From an uncultured Bacilli bacterium (GTDB taxonomy: Bacteria; Bacillota_I; Bacilli_A; RF39; UBA660), in the NCBI GenBank assembly GCA_947627805.1, contig CANQXB010000003.1, forward strand, positions 1 to 41,398: DNA of 41,398 bases, read 5' to 3'. This document shows positions 9,954-15,927 of the stretch, in pieces. A program made the translations under genes and the position numbers. Position 1 is the stretch's first letter, and each line of letters starts with the position of its first letter. The notes under the pieces are model-generated. The model worked only from the letters and a program-made list of their open reading frames with translations. It made no database searches and was not told the origin of the DNA.

Positions 9954-12221
9954 ATGAAAGTAAAAGAAAAAAATAAATATCTTCCTTATCTTATCAATTC
10001 TTTAATTGTAATTGTAATTTTTTGTTTAATTTTATTATTAAGTAAAACATCTCCTTTTGGTGATGCTTTAGCTTTAGGTAAATCCGATGCTATTTATCAA
10101 TATAAACCAATGCTTTATAATTTTATTATGAAACTTAAAACGGGTACTTTATATCAGTTTAGTTTTAATAATGGGTTAGGTAATTCTTTCTTTTTTAATT
10201 TTGCTTATTATTTATCTAGTCCCCTAAATTTGGTAGCTATCTTTTTTAATAATCCTGATTTTATGTTTTTAAGTGTCATTTTAATTAAAATGAGCGTTAC
10301 CAGTTTATTTTGTACTTTTTATGCTAAAAGTAAAAATTGTTCTAATTTTACATCTTTGATAGTGACTATTTCTTATGCTTTTTGTAGTTGGTTAGTTGTT
10401 TATTATTACAATATTATGTGGTTAGATACCTTCATGATGTTTCCTTTATTTCAATATGGTTTAGAGAAGTTAATTGCTCAAAATAAACCCACCATTTTTA
10501 TTTTATCTTTAGCTTATATTTATGCCACTAATTTCTTATTAGCTTTTGCTGTTTTAATATATGGTCTAGTCTATTTTATAATTAAAAATTTCTTTTATGA
10601 CAAAAAAGAAATAAAGAAGAAATTAAAAACTTTTTTAATATTTATAGGTTCCTTTATTTTTAGTATTTTGTTAATTGCCTTTTATTTTTGTATTTTAATT
10701 GATGTTAAAAAACAAATGGGATTAGGTTTTTCTGATGCTAATGGTAATATGTATCTTGTTAGTACCATCGATTTTATTAAAAGTTTATTTTATGGTAATA
10801 ATATTTTAATGTTGGATTTTGCCGGGAATACTTTTCCTAATATTGCTGTTAATACTTTTATCTTTTTAAATGTTATTTATTATTTTTTAAATAGTAAAAT
10901 TTCCTCGCGTGATAAAGCTTTTACTTTTATAGGTATTTGTCTTGTTATCGTTTGTATTTTTTCCGTAAAAGTAGATTATATTATGAATTTTTTCCATAAT
11001 GTCGTGGGTTTAACATATCGTTATTCTTATATTTTCTCTTTTTTAGCAATTATGCTTTTTATAGAGAATGCTCAAAATTATGATAAAAAAGATTTTAAAA
11101 AAATGCTTCCTATTATTATAGCTTTATTATTAATCGTTTTATTATTAGGAACTAAGATGAATAAATTAATAGTAATTTTTAATGGGGTATCTTTATTATT
11201 TTGTTTATTTATCTTATTTTGTCAAAATGAAAAAGTTCTTAAATTATCTTTATCTTTTTTCGTAATAATTCAATCTTTATTAGTGGGTTATTTAACTATT
11301 CCTAATAAAGAAGAGAATAGTTATGAGAAATTGCCCAATAATTTTGAATCTAAACCTTTAAAATATCGTTTAACTACCATTGGGGAAAATGATTATTTAA
11401 ATAAAAATTTATATACTAATCAAGATGTTACTTATTCTTTTACTTCCATGACTTATAATGATACTTTAACACTAGTTAATAAATTAGGTTATTATGCGGG
11501 AAAAAATGGAATGTCTGGTAATATTCATAATGAATTATTTAATTTACTATTTAATGTTCAAAGTTCTAATAATTATTATTTAGAAAAAATATATACTGTT
11601 AATAAAAATATATTAGATATTAAATTTAGTGATAATGTAAAAAATAATACCGAAGATTTAATAAAGAAAATGACTGATGTTGAAAAAATATATGATAAAG
11701 TTATTTTAAAACCTACGGAAGAAGATGATAATTTCTATTATTTTCAAGTTGATGAAGAATATGCTTTATTAGAAGAGAAAGATAATGTAGAAGTTATTTC
11801 TAAAGGAAAAATAAAATTAAATAAGAATGCTTCTCAAGATAATTTAGTTATCTATAAATTAAATCAAGATAAGCTTAAAAAAATATATGAAATTCTTTCA
11901 ACTAAGCAAATTGCCTATACTTATTATAGGGATGATTTAATTGAAGGAAAAATTCAAGTTTCCGAAGACCAACTAATCTTTACTTCTATACCATATGATA
12001 CTAATTGGCATATAACTATTGATGGAAAAGAAGTACAACCGGTTAAATTATTAAATGCTTTAATTGGCATAGAAGTTGAACCGGGTAATCATACTTTAAA
12101 AATGGAATATCGTTTTGATTTAACAAAACCTCTTATTATTTCAATAGTATCTTTAACAACTTTGCTCGGAATTAATTTCTATACTATTAATAAAAAGAAA
12201 AAGAAAAAAGCTAAAAACTGA
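9954..12221 (+). CDS. YfhO-family polytopic membrane protein (GT-C-like, cell-wall polymer glycosylation)
   Basis: SD..YQY, GLG..F....AYYLSSPLN, NIMWLD motifs, many TM helices, C-terminal TSIPYD.NW...IDGK...GNH motif. Stop codon TGA is supplied by the IS end. Confidence 0.8.
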   Translation: MKVKEKNKYLPYLINSLIVIVIFCLILLLSKTSPFGDALALGKSDAIYQYKPMLYNFIMKLKTGTLYQFSFNNGLGNSFFFNFAYYLSSPLNLVAIFFNNPDFMFLSVILIKMSVTSLFCTFYAKSKNCSNFTSLIVTISYAFCSWLVVYYYNIMWLDTFMMFPLFQYGLEKLIAQNKPTIFILSLAYIYATNFLLAFAVLIYGLVYFIIKNFFYDKKEIKKKLKTFLIFIGSFIFSILLIAFYFCILIDVKKQMGLGFSDANGNMYLVSTIDFIKSLFYGNNILMLDFAGNTFPNIAVNTFIFLNVIYYFLNSKISSRDKAFTFIGICLVIVCIFSVKVDYIMNFFHNVVGLTYRYSYIFSFLAIMLFIENAQNYDKKDFKKMLPIIIALLLIVLLLGTKMNKLIVIFNGVSLLFCLFILFCQNEKVLKLSLSFFVIIQSLLVGYLTIPNKEENSYEKLPNNFESKPLKYRLTTIGENDYLNKNLYTNQDVTYSFTSMTYNDTLTLVNKLGYYAGKNGMSGNIHNELFNLLFNVQSSNNYYLEKIYTVNKNILDIKFSDNVKNNTEDLIKKMTDVEKIYDKVILKPTEEDDNFYYFQVDEEYALLEEKDNVEVISKGKIKLNKNASQDNLVIYKLNQDKLKKIYEILSTKQIAYTYYRDDLIEGKIQVSEDQLIFTSIPYDTNWHITIDGKEVQPVKLLNALIGIEVEPGNHTLKMEYRFDLTKPLIISIVSLTTLLGINFYTINKKKKKKAKN
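12208..12218 (+). repeat. Target-site duplication, left copy (11 bp)
   Basis: AAGCTAAAAAC, identical to 13912-13922 and abutting the left IR. Confidence 0.9.
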
Positions 12222-12311
12222 TTGAATTAAAAGGAAAGTTCCCAAAATAGTAAAAAAAATAAAATAAATGATTAAAGTCCCGAAAATAAATAAAAAAATT
12301 AATAAAAAAAC

Positions 12312-12340
12312 TTGAAAAAAACAAATAATTTTGTTAATCT
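12312..12340 (+). promoter_or_regulatory. Inward-facing sigmaA-like promoter in the IS left end
   Basis: TTGAAA-17bp-TAATCT with extended TG; same TGtTAATCT -10 as the hup promoter in this window. Confidence 0.6.
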
Positions 12341-12344
12341 ATAC

Positions 12345-12492
12345 ATGTCCAAAAGAAAATGGACATACTAAAAAGTGTACGTAGTAAAGTCTTTTTACGA
12401 CTAACTTCCCGTACAATAAAAGAGAAAAGATTAATAATTGGCTTATTTGTCAACGAAGAAGCGGAAGAAATAATCTTCTGCTTTTTCGTTGA
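12345..12492 (+). ncRNA. Candidate IS-encoded three-hairpin RNA, convergent with the transposase
   Basis: Stems 12345-51/12360-66, 12376-81/12410-15 and 19-bp 12450-68/12474-92. Two G-U pairs in the last stem work only on the + strand. Confidence 0.55.
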
Positions 12493-12500
12493 AATAATAA

Positions 12501-13697
12501 TTAAAGAATACTTTCAATATTTAACGATACATCATCCGGTTTAATATATCTATAATTAAGTTTTTTAATTAAATCAGGGTAGTATTTTAAAGTTTCTTCG
12601 TAAGGTGTCTTACCTTTTAAAATATCTCTAGGAATATTGTTAATTGTTTCTTCTAATTTTTGAATTTGTTTTTCAGTTACATTGTCTAAATCATAACCTT
12701 TGGGAAACACTCTTCTTATATATTCATGGTTTCTTTCAATATTACTTTTTTGCCAAGATGAGTATGGTTTGCAATAAAAGACATTGCAAGTTTTATTTCC
12801 TGTATTGTAATCTATTTCAATACATAAAGGGTCATAAAACTCTATTCCATTGTCAGTTAAGATGATTCTAAATATTTTAGAAAATAATTTAATCCCTAAT
12901 TTTTCTTTTAATTTATTTATTTCTTTATTTACACAAGCAATATTTTTCTTATCAAGTAATCTAATAAACATAAATTTAGTATTTTTAATAAGAATAGTTA
13001 ATAATACTTTATGACCTTTTTTCCCTTCAACTGTATCCATTTCGCAAATATTCATTTTAGGATGTTTAGAAATAAAATCTAAATAATCTTCATAAGTTCT
13101 TCCTTTAAGAAGAGATATTTTTCTTTTGTAATCATTATCATATTTTTTCTTTCTACTTTTGTATTTAACCTTTTTAGGTAAATCTATGTTAGATAAAGAC
13201 AAAACATTTAAATCGACATATTTGTAAAAAGTAGGTTTAGACATATATAAAATATCGGAATGATTAATATAGACTTGATTAATACTTTGTTTTTTGTTCT
13301 TTATTAAAGGAACAATAGATTTTTCAATTTCTTCAGCAACTTCAGGAGATATATCAACACCCTCACGAGAAGAAGATAAAACCTCTTCATAATGTTCTTG
13401 AGCCACTTTAGCATTGTAATAAACTTTAGCATTTAAACAATATTTTTTATTGGGACAAGGATTACATACATAAGGAGGTTTTTTAAGAGTTTTGCATTTG
13501 GAAATAGTATTTTGGATAATATTTTGGTCAAAATGATTTTTATCATATTTAACATATCTATTTCTTTTAATTTCTTTAGAGATAGTAGTACGGTCAGAAG
13601 AAACAGCTTTACCAATATAAGAAAAAGATTTATTTAAACTAATTAAATATTCAATATTATTACGTTGTTCTTTGCATAAATGTGAATAATTTGTCAT
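12501..13697 (-). CDS. IS30-family DDE transposase
   Basis: N-terminal HTH (YSHL..EQR..IE...TTISKEIKRN), Cys motif PPYVCN.C, catalytic EMDTVEG / LTDNGIEF / IERNH..IRR. Start moved to ATG 13697 behind RBS AAAGGAG. Confidence 0.95.
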   Translation of the reverse strand: MTNYSHLCKEQRNNIEYLISLNKSFSYIGKAVSSDRTTISKEIKRNRYVKYDKNHFDQNIIQNTISKCKTLKKPPYVCNPCPNKKYCLNAKVYYNAKVAQEHYEEVLSSSREGVDISPEVAEEIEKSIVPLIKNKKQSINQVYINHSDILYMSKPTFYKYVDLNVLSLSNIDLPKKVKYKSRKKKYDNDYKRKISLLKGRTYEDYLDFISKHPKMNICEMDTVEGKKGHKVLLTILIKNTKFMFIRLLDKKNIACVNKEINKLKEKLGIKLFSKIFRIILTDNGIEFYDPLCIEIDYNTGNKTCNVFYCKPYSSWQKSNIERNHEYIRRVFPKGYDLDNVTEKQIQKLEETINNIPRDILKGKTPYEETLKYYPDLIKKLNYRYIKPDDVSLNIESIL

Positions 13698-13720
13698 CAA
13701 AATGACTCCTTTCTTTAATA

Positions 13721-13773
13721 ATGACAAATAAACCAATGAGGTATATAATATACTTATAAAGGAAAATAATCAA
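13721..13773. promoter_or_regulatory. Overlapping divergent promoters in the IS right end
   Basis: - strand TTGATT(13768-73)-17bp-TATTAT(13745-50) facing the transposase; + strand ATGACA(13721-26)-17bp-TATAAT(13744-49) facing outward. Confidence 0.6.
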
Positions 13774-13880
13774 TAATCCTCGCCGGATGGGCCTTACTTT
13801 CTTTTACGAAAAAGAAAGATAAGCAAAGAAACCGGGGAATGATTATTTAAGTGTTTTAATGACTTATTGCTCATCTTTAA
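13756..13880 (+). ncRNA. Candidate IS-encoded multi-stem, pseudoknotted RNA
   Basis: Stems 13764-72/13840-48, TCC..CCGG/CCGG.GGA, CTTTCTTTT/AAAAGAAAG, and a crossing pairing GATGGGC(13786-92)/GCTCATC(13869-75). Confidence 0.55.
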
Positions 13881-13911
13881 AAATTTGGGAACTTCTAATT
13901 TTATTTAATCA

Positions 13912-13922
13912 AAGCTAAAAAC
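13912..13922 (+). repeat. Target-site duplication, right copy (11 bp)
   Basis: AAGCTAAAAAC followed by TAG, the apparent original stop codon of the YfhO-family gene. Confidence 0.9.
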
Positions 13923-13925
13923 TAG

Positions 13926-13954
13926 TTGACTTTAAAACTATTTGTGATTAAAAT
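13926..13954 (+). promoter_or_regulatory. sigmaA promoter of the 71-aa ORF
   Basis: TTGACT-17bp-TAAAAT. Confidence 0.75.
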
Positions 13955-13981
13955 ACATACTCACGCAAAGGAAGTGATATT

Positions 13982-14197
13982 GTGATAACAAATGAAGAAG
14001 CTGTTGCCTTTTTAATGTTATTTGGTCGTAGTGAAGCTAAAGCTAGAAAAATACTTGCTAGTCCTTCAGGAGTTAATTATAAAAGTATAATAGCTGAATT
14101 TATAAATAATGTTAGAATAAAAAAGAGCGACCCAACTTTAGACGTTTTAGCTTATTTACAAAATAATCCTCAAGAAGTAAAAAGAAAACCATTTTAA
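13982..14197 (+). CDS. Small hypothetical protein (71 aa)
   Basis: GTG start, RBS AAGGAAG, own promoter, host-like codon usage; no recognised motif. Confidence 0.7.
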   Translation: MITNEEAVAFLMLFGRSEAKARKILASPSGVNYKSIIAEFINNVRIKKSDPTLDVLAYLQNNPQEVKRKPF

Positions 14198-14223
14198 ACA
14201 AAAGAAAACCATTTTAAACAAAA
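14180..14223 (+). repeat. Perfect 20-bp tandem duplication
   Basis: AAAGAAAACCATTTTAAACA x2 (14181-14200, 14201-14220), spanning the stop codon. Confidence 0.95.
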
Positions 14224-14228
14224 TTAGG

Positions 14229-14257
14229 TTGCATAAAAAAGAAAGATATGGTATATT
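14229..14257 (+). promoter_or_regulatory. sigmaA promoter of secE-nusG
   Basis: TTGCAT-17bp-TATATT with extended TG. Confidence 0.7.
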
Positions 14258-14309
14258 ATTAATGAACACGAAAGTGTTTTTTAATTGAAAAAAATTTTAG
14301 GAGGTTAAA

Positions 14310-14576
14310 ATGGCTAAAGAAGTTAAAGCAAAAAAAGATGCAAAGGAAAAAGATGTCAAAAAAGTTAAGAAAGTAGATAAGAAGAAAAAAGAAACTAAAG
14401 TTAAAAAAGAAGGCTTATTTAAAGGTATCAAAAAAGAAATGAAACTTGTAAAATGGCCTAGTGCAAAAGAAATAGTTAAATATACAATAGCTACCATTAT
14501 TTTCTGTGTAGTTTTAGTAGCATTCTTTGAAGTTTTAAATTTAATACTAGCATTTATAAAGGGGTTGTTTAATTAA
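14310..14576 (+). CDS. secE: Preprotein translocase subunit SecE
   Basis: EMKLVKWPS motif plus one TM helix, directly upstream of nusG. Confidence 0.93.
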   Translation: MAKEVKAKKDAKEKDVKKVKKVDKKKKETKVKKEGLFKGIKKEMKLVKWPSAKEIVKYTIATIIFCVVLVAFFEVLNLILAFIKGLFN

Positions 14577-15109
14577 TGGAAAAAGAATGGTATGTTGTTA
14601 ATACTTATTCCGGACATGAAAGTAAAGTTAAAGAAAAACTAGAAGCTAAAATAGAATCCATGGGAATGCAAGACTATATTTTTCGTATTGTTATTCCCGA
14701 AACTAAAGAAGTAGAAGTTAAAGATGGTGTAAAAAAAGAAAAGATTAAAAAAATGTTTCCTGGTTATATTTTAGTCGAGATGATTATGTCTGATGAAGCT
14801 TGGTATATCGTGAGAAATACTCCAGGAGTTACGGGCTTTATTGGTTCAAGTGGTAAGGGTGCTAAACCAACTCCTTTACTTCCTCAAGAAATAGACCGTA
14901 TTTTAGTTAATATGGGCATGAGCCGCGTTAATGTTGAAGATGACCTTCATGTTGGAGATTCGGTAAGTATTGTTGATGGTCCATTTAAAGGTATGATGGG
15001 TAAAGTTGATAATATTGATACAGAAAATAATCGTCTTAATATTATTATTGATTTATTTGGTCAAGAAACTAGTGTTGATGTTGAATTATTCCAAGTTAGT
15101 AAAAATTAA
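14576..15109 (+). CDS. nusG: Transcription elongation factor NusG
   Basis: WYVVNTYSGHE, FPGYILVEM, VRNTPGVTGF, KOW motif IVDGPFKG. Confidence 0.98.
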   Translation: MEKEWYVVNTYSGHESKVKEKLEAKIESMGMQDYIFRIVIPETKEVEVKDGVKKEKIKKMFPGYILVEMIMSDEAWYIVRNTPGVTGFIGSSGKGAKPTPLLPQEIDRILVNMGMSRVNVEDDLHVGDSVSIVDGPFKGMMGKVDNIDTENNRLNIIIDLFGQETSVDVELFQVSKN

Positions 15110-15125
15110 TTTACTAACTTTTTTT
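15093..15125 (+). terminator. Terminator after nusG
   Basis: AAGTTAGTAAA/TTTACTAACTT stem plus T-run. Confidence 0.75.
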
Positions 15126-15180
15126 ATTTTAGTTCGTTATTTTTTCCTTTTCTTAAAATACAATTTATTAGGGTGTTTTT

Positions 15181-15873
15181 ATGTTTTTAAATTTAATAAA
15201 TATGGTAAAAAATATGTTATTTTTTACAGGGAGTTATGGCAATAATGTTTTTCCGCCCCCTTTATCTAGTGAAGAAGAAGAAAAATATGTGGATTTAATG
15301 CTTAAAGGAGATAAGGAGGCTAGATGTAAATTAATTGAGCATAATCTTCGCTTAGTAGCCCATATCGTGAAAAAGTTTGATAGTAAAAGTAGTGATACAG
15401 ATGATTTAATAAGTATTGGGACAATTGGGTTAATTAAAGGAATAGATACTTATAAGAAAACTCCCAAAGTAAAAATTACCACTTATGCTGCTAGGTGTAT
15501 TCAAAATGAAATCTTAATGTATTATCGGAGTAATAAGAAAAATCAATTTACGGTTTCTTTAAATGATTCCATTGGTTATGATAAAGAAGGTAATGAAATT
15601 AATTTAGTGGAACTTTTAGAAGATAAAAATGAAGATATCATTGATACTATTTTAATTAAAGATAATATTGCTTTATTAAAAAAATATTTAGGAAAATTAC
15701 AAAAAAGAGAAAGAGAAATAATTATTAAAAGATATGGTCTTAATAATGAAAAAGAATTAACGCAAAAAGAAATTGCCGAAACTTTAGGTATATCAAGGAG
15801 TTATGTATCGAGGATTGAAAAAAGAGCTTTAACTAAAATATTAAGAGAATTTATTAAAAATAAAAATAATTGA
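15181..15873 (+). CDS. sigK: Sporulation sigma factor pro-SigK, uninterrupted
   Basis: Pro-peptide followed by SYGNNVFPPPLS, LIEHNLRLVAHIVKK, DLISIGTIGLIK, TYAARCIQNEILM, ISRSYVSRIEKRAL. Confidence 0.93.
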   Translation: MFLNLINMVKNMLFFTGSYGNNVFPPPLSSEEEEKYVDLMLKGDKEARCKLIEHNLRLVAHIVKKFDSKSSDTDDLISIGTIGLIKGIDTYKKTPKVKITTYAARCIQNEILMYYRSNKKNQFTVSLNDSIGYDKEGNEINLVELLEDKNEDIIDTILIKDNIALLKKYLGKLQKREREIIIKRYGLNNEKELTQKEIAETLGISRSYVSRIEKRALTKILREFIKNKNN

Positions 15874-15927
15874 AATTACTAATGCAAAAAATCGGACTTT
15901 TAGTTATAATATATTTAGGTGGTAGTT

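Larger units (their letters stand above)
12219..13911 (-). mobile_element. Complete IS30-family insertion sequence, 1693 bp
   Basis: 28-bp imperfect terminal IRs (12219-12246 and 13884-13911, 22/28 identical, TGATT...AAGTTCCCAAA), 11-bp flanking direct repeat, one DDE transposase. Confidence 0.92.

Noticed and set aside
12367-12410. 6-7-nt matches between the left-end RNA and the target site or IR as proof of RNA guiding
   Set aside because: Too short and AT-rich to be significant from one insertion; kept only as a testable idea.
12359-12544. 61-aa + strand ORF inside the IS as a passenger gene
   Set aside because: No Shine-Dalgarno, the ATG overlaps a hairpin stem, and it crosses a 19-bp stem and the transposase 3' end; an RNA explanation fits better, though translation is not excluded.
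14180-14223. Tandem repeat as a CRISPR remnant
   Set aside because: Two abutting copies, no spacer, no cas genes. No CRISPR array was seen in the window.
15181-15873. skin-like interruption of sigK
   Set aside because: The ORF is continuous through regions 2 to 4 and no recombinase is nearby.
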